This document shows positions 19,407-28,255 of a stretch of DNA of 56,395 nt, in pieces. The position numbers and the translations under genes were made by a program. The stretch is from positions 1 to 56,395 of the forward strand of contig CAVECB010000008.1 of assembly GCA_963614215.1 (NCBI GenBank), in the 5' to 3' direction. This DNA is from Ruthenibacterium lactatiformans (GTDB lineage: Bacteria > Actinomycetota > Coriobacteriia > Coriobacteriales > QAMH01). Below the pieces are notes generated by a model. It saw only the letters and a program-made list of their open reading frames with translations. It was not told the origin of the DNA and did no database searches. Positions within the stretch are counted from its first letter, which is position 1; each line of letters opens with the position of its first letter.

Positions 19407-19447
19407 AAAAAGGCCCGCCTGCAATAAAGAGCAGGCGGGCCTTTTTA
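19407..19447. terminator. bidirectional rho-independent terminator
   Basis: AAAAA-GGCCCGCCTGC-aataaaga-GCAGGCGGGCC-TTTTT. Perfect 11-bp stem flanked by A- and T-runs, between convergent genes. Confidence 0.85.
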
Positions 19448-19529
19448 ATGCCGGGCGTTTCGGGTGCGCCGTTTCAGCGTCGCCGCCTAGGCCACATGCG
19501 ACGCGAACGGTTTTGCGCTCCTAGCCGCT

Positions 19530-21152
19530 TTACGCCTTGAAGGTCGTGATGCCGTCGCGGACGGTCTCGAGAACCTTCGTCTTGTGAATTTCGCTTGCAG
19601 GGATCTCGAAGAGGTTTTGGTCGATGACGACGAAGTCCGCGAGCTTTCCCTCCTCGATCGAGCCGATCTTGTCTTCCATCCTCACCTCGTAGGCGTTGTT
19701 GATCGTAAACGACTCGATGCTTTCCTCCAGGGTCGGAGCCTCGCAAATCTCTTCGGGCTCCGGGCCATCGTAGCCGACGGGCGCGCGGCGCATCCCGACC
19801 TCGATGGAGGTGAACGGGTCTGGCTTGCCGTCCGCAACAGGAAAGTCGGAGCCCTGGCCGTACTTGCAACCGGCGTCGATCAGGTCGCGAACGGGGTATT
19901 GATAGCCCTGGATGTTCGCGCCGAGGTGCTCTTTGTACTCCGCGTTCGTGGTCGTGTGCCAAGAGCCCGTCGAGTTGATGAACACGCCCAGCTTGCCCGC
20001 ACGCTCGACCTCTCCCGGCTGGAAGCACTGGCAATGGGCAAGCGCGACGCGCGTGTCGTCGTAGCCCGCCTCGCGGATTGCCTGCGCCATGTCGAGCGCC
20101 ACGGTCGTCGTCGCGTCGCCGATTGCGTGCATGTAGAGGTCGTAGCCAGCCTTCGCCACCAGAAGGCCCATCTCCGCGGCCTCTTCGGAATTGAAGTTGG
20201 GCAGAGCCTTCACCCCGTTGTCGTAGGGCGTGACCATCGCAGCAGAACGCGACTCGATGACGCCATCGCCCAAGATCTTGAAGTACTTAAGCGCCAGACG
20301 GTCCGTGCTCTGCAGGTTTTCCGCCAAATCGGCCGCGCCGTCGAGCGCCTCTTCGACGTCGTGGATGTTGGTCGCGATGTAGAAGCCGCCGAACAGTCTT
20401 TGGGTGAACTCGTCGCTGTTGATGAAATCGGCGAACTCCTGCGTGAGGGCGTCCACGACAAACGCGAAAACCCCGCAGTCGGCAAAGGCGGTGTAGCCCA
20501 TGGAGGCAAACTCCTTGCCAAGCGCGCCGATGTTTTCAATCATGCTGTCGGCCGAGAAGTAGTTGGCGCCTTTCGCGATTTGGATGTAGCAGCTCTCGAT
20601 GCAGCGCCCCGTCGGGTTGCCCTCTTCATCGCGGACGAAATAGTTGCTGCCCGGCGTGATGTCGGGAGTGTTCTTGTCGACGCCGGCCGCCTCGAAGGCC
20701 TTGTGGTTGCACCATGCGCCGTGGCACGACGATGCCACGAGCAAGACCGGCTTGTCGGCGCAAATCGCGTCCAAATCGTCGGCAAGCGCCGGCTGGGAGG
20801 CAAAGATGGTGTCGGGGAAACCCTGGCCGAAGTAGGCCTCGTTGTCCGGATGCGCCTCGACAAACTCCGCAAGCGCCTTCAAGACGTCTTCTTTCGTCTC
20901 GCACTCGCTGAGGAGGACGCCGCACGCAAACGCAGACGTCATCAGGGGATGGATGTGGCCGTCGATGAAGCCGGGGAGCATCATGTTGCCCTGCAGGTCG
21001 GTGACCTCGGCGCCCTCGGCGTGCTTCAGCGCCTCGTCCGTCGAGCCGACGTACGCGATTTTGTTGCCCTCGACGACAACGGCCTCTGCCCACGGTTGCT
21101 CTTTGTTGACGGTGTAAATCTTGCCGTTGGTGAAAACCCTTTTCTGCGGCAT
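19530..21152 (-). CDS. metal-dependent amidohydrolase, COG1574/YtcJ-like (paralog C)
   Basis: NGKIYT...PWAEAVVVEGNKIAYVGST is identical to paralog A over 19 aa. GFIDGHIHPL. GGAGAAAGGAAG lies upstream of ATG 21152; alternative start 21179. Confidence 0.85.
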   Translation of the reverse strand: MPQKRVFTNGKIYTVNKEQPWAEAVVVEGNKIAYVGSTDEALKHAEGAEVTDLQGNMMLPGFIDGHIHPLMTSAFACGVLLSECETKEDVLKALAEFVEAHPDNEAYFGQGFPDTIFASQPALADDLDAICADKPVLLVASSCHGAWCNHKAFEAAGVDKNTPDITPGSNYFVRDEEGNPTGRCIESCYIQIAKGANYFSADSMIENIGALGKEFASMGYTAFADCGVFAFVVDALTQEFADFINSDEFTQRLFGGFYIATNIHDVEEALDGAADLAENLQSTDRLALKYFKILGDGVIESRSAAMVTPYDNGVKALPNFNSEEAAEMGLLVAKAGYDLYMHAIGDATTTVALDMAQAIREAGYDDTRVALAHCQCFQPGEVERAGKLGVFINSTGSWHTTTNAEYKEHLGANIQGYQYPVRDLIDAGCKYGQGSDFPVADGKPDPFTSIEVGMRRAPVGYDGPEPEEICEAPTLEESIESFTINNAYEVRMEDKIGSIEEGKLADFVVIDQNLFEIPASEIHKTKVLETVRDGITTFKA

Positions 21153-21352
21153 GAATCTTCCTTTCTCCATAAGAGACACAACGGCGCTAGTCTAGCATGC
21201 TGCGGGTTTTCTCTTGCGCTCGTCTCCCAAACAGCTCGGTTTCAATCGAGCAGCCTCAATCCGCCCGGTTTCGATTGCCGGTTTCAAGCGGACGATCTCG
21301 ATCGGAGCGCTTCAATCGCCCCGCTTTTCATGGAGTCGAAAGCTGTGAAAGT

Positions 21353-22192
21353 CTATTGCGAGAGCTTAAAGTAGTTCGCGAAGTCGAAGTTGTCCGGCAG
21401 CGGCAACGAGAACATGTAGGCGGTGGCGGCGACGAAGACAACGACACCGACCGAAAAGACAATCCGCCTCGGGATGCGCTGCCTGTAGAAGCCGACCATG
21501 CCGAAGAGGAACAGGCACAGCGAATAGAGAACGGTGACCAGGCCGTAGGAGTCGTTTGCCAGGTTGCAGCGGTTTCCCTCTTCGCGCGCCTGTGCCGCCT
21601 CTTGCGATAACTTTTCGGAGTCGGCAAAAAAGCCCGACTGCGGGTACTCATCGAAGGGGGTGGCCGTGCCGCCTTTCTCGAGGGCGGTGTAGACGGCGCC
21701 TTTGAAGTTCTCGTAGTCGGGGCAGTTGGTCTCGATATAGGAGTGCATCTGCTCGCGCTTGGCGGCGGCGCCCGCGACATCGCCCGTACTTTCAAGCGTT
21801 TTTGCGTCCGCGTTCATATCGTAGACATGCGCCCACAGGTTGAAAGCTGCGACGTAGAGCTGGGAGTTCAGGTTGTAGCTCGAATTTGCCTCGGTGTTCA
21901 AGCGCTCTGCCTTGGCGTAGTTCGAGTCCTGGTCGCTTGCGTGCAAATCGCCAATCCACGTCGCCCACGCCATGGTGAGGGCACACACCGCTAGCATGAT
22001 TGCGACGATCGTGTTGAAATTGGCCAGCGTACCGATCAGCTTTTTGCGAAACGGCTTCTTGCCGTCCTCCTTCATGCCGTCTGCCTCTTTGCCGCCCAGC
22101 TCTTTGCCGTTCGTCTTTTTTTCGGTGACGCTGTCTTCCATCACATTATGGTGCATGTCGCCATCGCTTGCTCCTTTCCAGAGCTTTTTCAC
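21353..22192 (-). CDS. hypothetical membrane protein (Lys/Glu-rich N-terminus, 3 predicted TM)
   Basis: ORF with a GTG start; one central and two C-terminal hydrophobic helices. No motif recognised. Confidence 0.55.
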   Translation of the reverse strand: MKKLWKGASDGDMHHNVMEDSVTEKKTNGKELGGKEADGMKEDGKKPFRKKLIGTLANFNTIVAIMLAVCALTMAWATWIGDLHASDQDSNYAKAERLNTEANSSYNLNSQLYVAAFNLWAHVYDMNADAKTLESTGDVAGAAAKREQMHSYIETNCPDYENFKGAVYTALEKGGTATPFDEYPQSGFFADSEKLSQEAAQAREEGNRCNLANDSYGLVTVLYSLCLFLFGMVGFYRQRIPRRIVFSVGVVVFVAATAYMFSLPLPDNFDFANYFKLSQ

Positions 22193-22197
22193 CTGTA

Positions 22198-22215
22198 ATT
22201 ATAACAAGTTATAAT
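22198..22215. promoter_or_regulatory. perfect palindrome ATTATAAC-AA-GTTATAAT containing TATAAT 5 nt from the GTG start
   Basis: Read directly. On the - strand it reads TATAATtacagGTG, a spacing compatible with a leaderless transcript. Confidence 0.35.
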
Positions 22216-22348
22216 CAAGCGCCACTCAAGCATACTGCTAGTTTCGATGGCGGAGACGCGTGATAGCCTGCGGTAATGGATCCAGCTCAATTCGGGACAC
22301 AATGCGTCACGAATTGGAAAGGCGAGGTAAAACCCGCGCGCGAAAGTG

Positions 22349-22444
22349 AGGCGCGTGCGTGGAGCTAGCGGCGCGAGAACAAATCGAGTGTATGGGGGCT
22401 AGCGGCGCGAGAGCAGGCGCGTGCGTGGAGCTAGCGGCGCGAGA
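22349..22444. repeat. 30-bp perfect direct repeat x2 (22349-22378, 22415-22444) plus a 15-bp partial copy (22398-22412), spanning the dnaJ stop
   Basis: AGGCGCGTGCGTGGAGCTAGCGGCGCGAGA occurs twice, 66 bp apart. The right copy contains the dnaJ stop codon (22431-22433) and the last codons. Confidence 0.85.
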
Positions 22445-23543
22445 GCGGGGCGCGCTTCTCGGATTCGGCATGACCCAGCTCGTCGTCAAGGCCGCGCAAA
22501 AGCTCCTTGGCCTTGCGCGAGAGCTTGGAGGGCACGACCACCGTGACGTGCACGAAAAGGTCGCCGCGCTTGTCTGGTTTGCGCAGGCGCGGCATGCCAT
22601 GCCCCTTCACCCGCAACATCTGATCGGGCTGGCAGCCGGCCGGCACGGGCACCTCGACCACCTCGTCGTCGAGGATACCCTCGACCGTGATGGTCGCGCC
22701 GAGCGCCGCCTGCGCGATGGAGACGTTGGCGCGTGTGTGCAGGTGGTCGCCGTCGCGCTCGAAGTACTTATGCTGCTCGACGCGGACTGTGGCGATAAGG
22801 TCGCCAGATGCCGCGCCGTTCATGCCGGCCTCGCCGCGCCCTGCCGCGCGGACCTGCTGGCCGTCCTTGATGCCGGCAGGTATCTCAATGGTCAGGCGCT
22901 CGCGGTCGGGCACGCGCCCCTGGCCACCGCACTCCGGGCAGGGGTTTTCCACCGTCGAGCCCGTGCCGCCGCACTCCGGGCAGGTGCTGGCCGTCTGCAT
23001 GTCGCCCAAGAAGGTGTGCTGGACGCTGACCACGCGCCCGCTACCGCCGCAGGTCTTGCAGCTGCTCATGGAGCCGCCGTCCGCACTGCCGCTGCCGCCG
23101 CATTCCTCGCAAGGCGCGAGCCGGTCGTAGACGACCTCCTTTTTCACCCCGACGGCCGCCTCTTCCAGCGTGAGGCGCAGGCCTATGCCCATGTCGCGCC
23201 CCTCGCGGCGAGCCTGCGGGCCACGCGAGCCGCCCATACCGCCAAAGAAGCTGGAGAAGATGTCGCCCATGCCGCCGAATATGTCGCTCATGTCGACGTT
23301 TTGATAGCCGCCGCCAAAGCCGCCCGCCGCCTCGGCCGTGCCGTAGCGGTCGTAGAGGGCCTTCTTCTGCGGGTCGCTCAAGACGTCGTAGGCCTCGTTG
23401 AGCTCTTTGAAGCGCTCCTCGGCATCGGGCGCCTTGCTCACGTCCGGATGCAGCTCGCGCGCTTTACGGCGAAACGCCTTCTTGATTTCGCGGTCGTCGG
23501 CGTCGCGGGACACGCCCAATATGTCGTAGAACTCGTAGGCCAC
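22431..23543 (-). CDS. dnaJ: molecular chaperone DnaJ
   Basis: J-domain [29 protein letters not shown]. Gly-rich linker. Four CxxCxGxG zinc-finger repeats. GTG start. Confidence 0.95.
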   Translation of the reverse strand: MAYEFYDILGVSRDADDREIKKAFRRKARELHPDVSKAPDAEERFKELNEAYDVLSDPQKKALYDRYGTAEAAGGFGGGYQNVDMSDIFGGMGDIFSSFFGGMGGSRGPQARREGRDMGIGLRLTLEEAAVGVKKEVVYDRLAPCEECGGSGSADGGSMSSCKTCGGSGRVVSVQHTFLGDMQTASTCPECGGTGSTVENPCPECGGQGRVPDRERLTIEIPAGIKDGQQVRAAGRGEAGMNGAASGDLIATVRVEQHKYFERDGDHLHTRANVSIAQAALGATITVEGILDDEVVEVPVPAGCQPDQMLRVKGHGMPRLRKPDKRGDLFVHVTVVVPSKLSRKAKELLRGLDDELGHAESEKRAPLSRR

Positions 23544-23876
23544 CGTCTGAAAACCGCCGTTCCCCTCGTGCCTTTTCGTGCGGGCCTAACTCGCGCCGTG
23601 GTCTGCGCGCGCGCCGGCCAATAAAAACGCGTGCCTGCGCACGCGTCCTCATGTTCGATGCAGGTATTGTGCGCCGCCGCGCGTCTGGCGTGAAGCCGTG
23701 GGCGGCGAATCGTTTACCACCCGTCACCATACGGGCGGTAGCCCGGCGCTCAAACAGACGCGCAGACGTGTCGACGGTGAAGAGGGGCGCATGAAGGCGA
23801 TGGAAGCGGGCGGGAGCGGCGGTGGCGCGGACGACGGGCAGATGGGGTAGAGGAGCCGCGTGAATGGTGAAAGGGT

Positions 23877-25181
23877 CTAGTGTGCGGCGAGGTCCCAGAC
23901 GGCTCCGAAGACCTCGTTGCCGCACAGCCAGCCGCGCCGCGTAGACGTCAGGTGCCGCCCGCCCTCGTCGTCTACGCGCTCTTCGAGCAGGCCGAGTGAG
24001 ACAAGACGGGTGAAGACGGCGTCCAGCTCCGGTACAGATGCAAGTGCCCGGGCGCGCAAGGCCTCGCCCAGACCGACACTGCGCCTGAAAGAAAGCATCA
24101 CGTCTTCGAGCAGTGCCTGGCGCGCGTCGAGGCGCTCCAGCTCCACCCGCGGGCGGCCGCCTCTCGCGGCAAACGCCACGCTGTCGGGGGCAGCAGCCAC
24201 GCGGATGCGGGCAGCTTCACCTTCATCAGAGACCATGCAGGCCTCTCCCCCTTCACCCGCCATGTGTGCAAGGGCATCCTCCCCTTCACCAGTCGCTCGC
24301 GCACAGGCAGTTTCACCCGCCGCCGCGAAAATCCCCGCGTTCACGCAGGCCGAAAAATCCGTCGCAGAAAGCATGGACGATGCCCCCGCACCCAGTCCCA
24401 GGTACTCGACGCCTGTCCAGTACGCCGTGTTGTGGCGCGACTCGAAGCCGGGCCGCGCGTAGGAGGCGACCTCGTAGCGGGTAAAGCCGGCCGCGCCCAG
24501 CAGCTCCTCGGCGCGAAGCATCATGGCCGCCTGTTCGTCTTCGTCGGCGATGGCCACCTCGCCGGCCGCGACGCGCTCGGCTAGCGGCGTGCCGTCCTCT
24601 ATGGAAAGCGGATAGACGCTCAGATGCGCTGGCGCCAAGCCGAGCGCCGCGCGCAGGCTCTCCTCCCAACTGGCCTGCGTCTGGCCGGGCAGGCCGCACA
24701 TGAGGTCGAGGCTGAAGTTGTCCGTCCGCTCGCGCACGGCAGCCACGGCTTTGCGCGTGTCGGCCACGCTGTGGGCTCGCCCGATGGCAGACAGCTCGGC
24801 ATCGATGAAGCTTTGCGCGCCGACAGAAAAACGCGTCACGCCCGCCGCGAACAGGTCGCGCACCATCGACGCGGTCAAAGACTCGGGGTTGCACTCGACG
24901 GTGAACTCCTCGATCGCGTCCATATGCAGGGAAAACGAGAGCATGGATACGAGCGAAGAGAGGCGCGCCGGCCCTAGGTGTGTGGGCGTGCCGCCGCCGA
25001 TGTAGACGGTCTTCACGCACCCGAGCAAGCCGGCCCGCGCCGCGCGGCGCAGCTGTAGGCACAGCGCCTCGACGTAAGACTCCATGGCCGCGCCATCGTC
25101 GCAGGCGCGCGTCGCGAAATCGCAATACGCGCAGCGCTTCACGCAAAACGGCACGTGCACGTACAAGGCTCCAATCCCCAT
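23877..25181 (-). CDS. hemW: radical SAM heme chaperone HemW (HemN-like, oxygen-independent coproporphyrinogen oxidase family)
   Basis: LYVHVPFCVKRCAYCDF (CxxxCxxC). ATG 25181 with a GGGGAAAGGG RBS. Contains an extra Gly/Glu-rich insert before the C-terminal domain. Confidence 0.85.
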   Translation of the reverse strand: MGIGALYVHVPFCVKRCAYCDFATRACDDGAAMESYVEALCLQLRRAARAGLLGCVKTVYIGGGTPTHLGPARLSSLVSMLSFSLHMDAIEEFTVECNPESLTASMVRDLFAAGVTRFSVGAQSFIDAELSAIGRAHSVADTRKAVAAVRERTDNFSLDLMCGLPGQTQASWEESLRAALGLAPAHLSVYPLSIEDGTPLAERVAAGEVAIADEDEQAAMMLRAEELLGAAGFTRYEVASYARPGFESRHNTAYWTGVEYLGLGAGASSMLSATDFSACVNAGIFAAAGETACARATGEGEDALAHMAGEGGEACMVSDEGEAARIRVAAAPDSVAFAARGGRPRVELERLDARQALLEDVMLSFRRSVGLGEALRARALASVPELDAVFTRLVSLGLLEERVDDEGGRHLTSTRRGWLCGNEVFGAVWDLAAH

Positions 25182-25257
25182 TTTCGCCCTTTCCCCTCGT
25201 CGAATATCGTAAAGCTCACAACACATGCATGCGCGCATGCTGCGCCCGACCTTCTCT

Positions 25258-25842
25258 TTAAGCCCACTTTTGCAAAGACGATTTGCACAGATTGCAGATA
25301 ATACGCTCCAGACGCGCAGTGTCGATGTCGCCGAACTCACCGCGCAGCCAGGCAAACGCCGTGTCGATCACCCCAGACGAGAGGTAGACGACGGCGATGC
25401 GCGCCTCGGCCTCGTCTTCGTGGCAGGCGACGACATGCCCGACGAGGGCCTCGGTGATACGCCGCTTCATGTCGGCGAGAAATATCGGGGCGCTCTCCCC
25501 CGCCGCGAGCAGGCGGTAGAGCTCTGCCTCGTCTTGCAAGTAGGCAACCGCCTTTGAGATGACGGGCTCGGGGTGCCTGGGGAAATTCACCTGCATGGCC
25601 TCGTCTAGCACGCTGAAGAGCTTCTCCACGATGCCGTCGAGAACCTCGCGCATAAGCTCGTCTACGCTCTCGTAGTGCGCGTAGAAGGTCCCCCGGTTCA
25701 AGTCGGCGCGGCGCGTGATGGCGCTGACTGTGATCTTCTCGTAGGGCATCTCCAAGATGAGCTCGGAGAGCGCCTGCGCGAGCATGCGCTGCGAGCGCAG
25801 AGCGTTTCGGTTCTTCGCCTCGCCTGCCATCCCTTTCACCAT
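25258..25842 (-). CDS. TetR/AcrR family transcriptional regulator
   Basis: N-terminal HTH LSELILEMPYEKITVSAITRRADLNRGTFYAHY. Divergent from the MMPL gene. Start uncertain (25830, 25842 or 25905). Confidence 0.8.
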   Translation of the reverse strand: MVKGMAGEAKNRNALRSQRMLAQALSELILEMPYEKITVSAITRRADLNRGTFYAHYESVDELMREVLDGIVEKLFSVLDEAMQVNFPRHPEPVISKAVAYLQDEAELYRLLAAGESAPIFLADMKRRITEALVGHVVACHEDEAEARIAVVYLSSGVIDTAFAWLRGEFGDIDTARLERIICNLCKSSLQKWA

Positions 25843-26023
25843 TCCTTTCTGTCGCCCCTCGCAAAACTCCAACATATACGTGCAAAAGTGTCCAAGTTCG
25901 GCCATATGTCGCGCACATTGCCTATTGAAACGGCTCTTCACCAGCAATTTAATGTGCTTCGTGAAAAATATCAACACCTGTTCAAAAACGGACGAGAGAC
26001 CATGAGAAAGGACGAGATGAAAC

Positions 26024-28255
26024 ATGAGGCGCCTCTTTTCCGCAATCATCGCCCACGAGAAGGCGGTGGTGGCGCTCTTCGTCGCCGCATCCCTGTTCGC
26101 GGCCCTGTGCGCAGGCCAGGTGAAGGTGAACGGTGATTTCTCCGACTACCTCCCGCCCTCCACGCCGTCCACCGTCGCGCTTGAGACCATGGAGCAAGCC
26201 TTCGACAGCGACGTGGCCAACCTGCGCGTCTATGTGCAGGGCATCAGCCTCGTGCAGGCGCGCGAGCTGGCGCAAGGCTTTTTCGCGCGCGACGACGTGG
26301 CCGACGTGCAGTGGCTCGGCGACGAGCTGGACACGGGCGTGCCCTTAGAAACGCAAGACCAGGACACGCGCAGCGCCTGGGCAGACGACGAGGGCTACCT
26401 CTTCCAGCTGACCATCGCCGCAACAAACGAGGAAAGCCAGATAGAAAGCATTCGCGCCGAGGCTCTGGCAGTAGACGGCGCGACCGCCTGCGCCATAGAC
26501 GGCTCGGCCGCGACGAACGCCAGCGTCGTGGACAGCGTGCAGCGCGATCTCTCCGTGATTGTGCCGCTTGCGGTGCTCGTGGTCTTTCTCGTCATGACGC
26601 TTGCCACGACGAATTTCCTGCACCCCCTCATCGCACTTTTGGCCATCGGCGCGGCCATCGTCATGAACATGGGGTCCAACATCGTCCAAGGCGAGATCTC
26701 GAGCGTCACACAGATGGTGGGCGCGGTCTTGCAGCTGGCCGTATCCATGGACTACTCCATAGTGCTTCTGGCCAACTACACCAAGGCCCGTGCGCGCACC
26801 GAGGACGCCGGCGAAGCCATCGTGGAGGCCATGTGCCGCTCGTTTTCGGTTGTGGCTTCGTCTGCGGCGGTCACCTTCTTCGGCTTTTTATCGCTTGCGT
26901 GCATGCAGTTCCTCATCGGCGTAGACATGGGGGTCGTACTCGCCAAGGGCATCGTCTTCAGCTTCCTGTCCATCACCGTGCTCATGCCCTGCCTGCTGCA
27001 CATGCTCGAACGCCCCGTGCGCAGGCTCTCGCACCGCCCCTTCCTGCCGCCCTTCGGCAAGTTCGCCCGAATATGCCGCGCGGCGAGCATCCCGGCGCTG
27101 GTTCTGGTCGCGGCCCTCGCCGTTCCCGCCTACGTCGCGCAGGACATGACGCAGTTCAACTACGGCAGCGCGAACAACATCTCCCCCGACTCGCAGGTCG
27201 CGCGTGACCAGCAGACGATTGACGAACGTTTCGGCGAGGAGCAGACCTGGGTCGTCTTGGTGCCAGAAGGCCAATGGGGCCATGAAAACGCCTTGACCGC
27301 GGCCCTGGAGGCCCTGCCTACGACCGCCGGCGTGACAAGTTACGGGACTGTCGCCTCGAGCGCCGTGCCCACCGAGCTTGCAGGCGAAGACGACCTGGCG
27401 CTGCTCGTGCACGGCGGCTACAGCCGCATTGTGTTGAAAAGCCGGGTCGCGGCAGAAGGCGATGCCACCTTCGCGCTGGTGGAGCAGGTGCGCACGCTGT
27501 GCGCCCAGGAATACGGCGGGAACTACCACCTACTGGGCGATTCGGTCGCGTGCTACGACATCAAGCAGGTGGCAAGCCAGGACATGCTCACCGTGCGCAC
27601 GGCCTCGCTTGTGGCCATCGCGCTCGTTTTACTCATGATGTTTCGCAGCCTGGGGATCCCGCTCATCTTGCTCTTCTGTATCGAGACCTCCATATGGGTG
27701 AACCTGAGCATCCCCTACCTCATGGACGCCTCGACGAGCTACATCGGCTTTCTGGTGATCGACGCAGTGCAGCTGGGCGCGGCGGTGGATTACTCCATCA
27801 TATTCGCCCACGAATACCTCGGGTTGAAGAAGGCCGCGCCCAAGCAGGCGCCGGGGATGCGTGCGCGAGATGCCGTGGCTGGAGCCGCCGTGCCCATCCT
27901 GACCTCGTCCACCATCTTGATGCTCGCGACGCTGGGCATCTACTTCTTCTCGTCGAGCCCGATGGTGCAAGACCTGGGGCTGCTTATATGCCGCGGCGCC
28001 GCGATTGCCGACCTCATCATCTTCTTGGCCATGCCGACGCTGTTTTGCTGGCGCGACATGCTACTGGCGCGCGTCAAGCTGCCGGGGCGGGCGGGCGCGA
28101 AGAAGGAGCGGGTAAAGGCGCAGATGCCGGAACGGCAGCTGGAAGCACAACAGCCAGAGCTACGACAGCCAAAGGCACAGCAGCCGGAAACGCGGCAGCT
28201 GGAGGCGTGCAGCCAAGAGGAAAGCCCATCCGAAGCGAAAGGAGAGAATCGATGA
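26024..28255 (+). CDS. MMPL-family (RND superfamily) membrane transporter
   Basis: 743 aa with a two-fold repeat: a TM helix, an extracytoplasmic loop and five TM helices, twice. N-terminus ...VKVNGDFSDYLPPSTPS... is typical of MMPL. Gln/Pro-rich tail. Confidence 0.8.
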   Translation: MRRLFSAIIAHEKAVVALFVAASLFAALCAGQVKVNGDFSDYLPPSTPSTVALETMEQAFDSDVANLRVYVQGISLVQARELAQGFFARDDVADVQWLGDELDTGVPLETQDQDTRSAWADDEGYLFQLTIAATNEESQIESIRAEALAVDGATACAIDGSAATNASVVDSVQRDLSVIVPLAVLVVFLVMTLATTNFLHPLIALLAIGAAIVMNMGSNIVQGEISSVTQMVGAVLQLAVSMDYSIVLLANYTKARARTEDAGEAIVEAMCRSFSVVASSAAVTFFGFLSLACMQFLIGVDMGVVLAKGIVFSFLSITVLMPCLLHMLERPVRRLSHRPFLPPFGKFARICRAASIPALVLVAALAVPAYVAQDMTQFNYGSANNISPDSQVARDQQTIDERFGEEQTWVVLVPEGQWGHENALTAALEALPTTAGVTSYGTVASSAVPTELAGEDDLALLVHGGYSRIVLKSRVAAEGDATFALVEQVRTLCAQEYGGNYHLLGDSVACYDIKQVASQDMLTVRTASLVAIALVLLMMFRSLGIPLILLFCIETSIWVNLSIPYLMDASTSYIGFLVIDAVQLGAAVDYSIIFAHEYLGLKKAAPKQAPGMRARDAVAGAAVPILTSSTILMLATLGIYFFSSSPMVQDLGLLICRGAAIADLIIFLAMPTLFCWRDMLLARVKLPGRAGAKKERVKAQMPERQLEAQQPELRQPKAQQPETRQLEACSQEESPSEAKGENR

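Noticed and set aside
22595-22615. GGTGAAGGGG (reverse strand) inside dnaJ as another copy of the dispersed repeat
   Set aside because: It encodes the conserved DnaJ segment RVKGHGMP, so the match is explained by coding constraint.
23544-23876. Structured ncRNA (SRP RNA, tmRNA, RNase P, 6S) or a degraded hrcA in the hemW-dnaJ gap, and likewise in 1-698 and 1734-2229
   Set aside because: I could find no conserved core motifs of these RNAs by eye. The gap is far too short for hrcA and no frame shows HrcA-like sequence.
25843-26023. TetR operator palindrome in the TetR-MMPL intergenic region
   Set aside because: Only short (4-6 bp) or widely spaced inverted repeats were found (ATGT-N5-ACAT; CACATT-N33-AATGTG). 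That is not enough to call a site.
27499-28251. N-terminal 251 codons of the 864-aa ORF 27499-30093
   Set aside because: This region overlaps the MMPL gene in another frame and is Arg/His-rich. A clean ATG at 28252 with GGAGAG upstream and an ATGA overlap is the plausible start.
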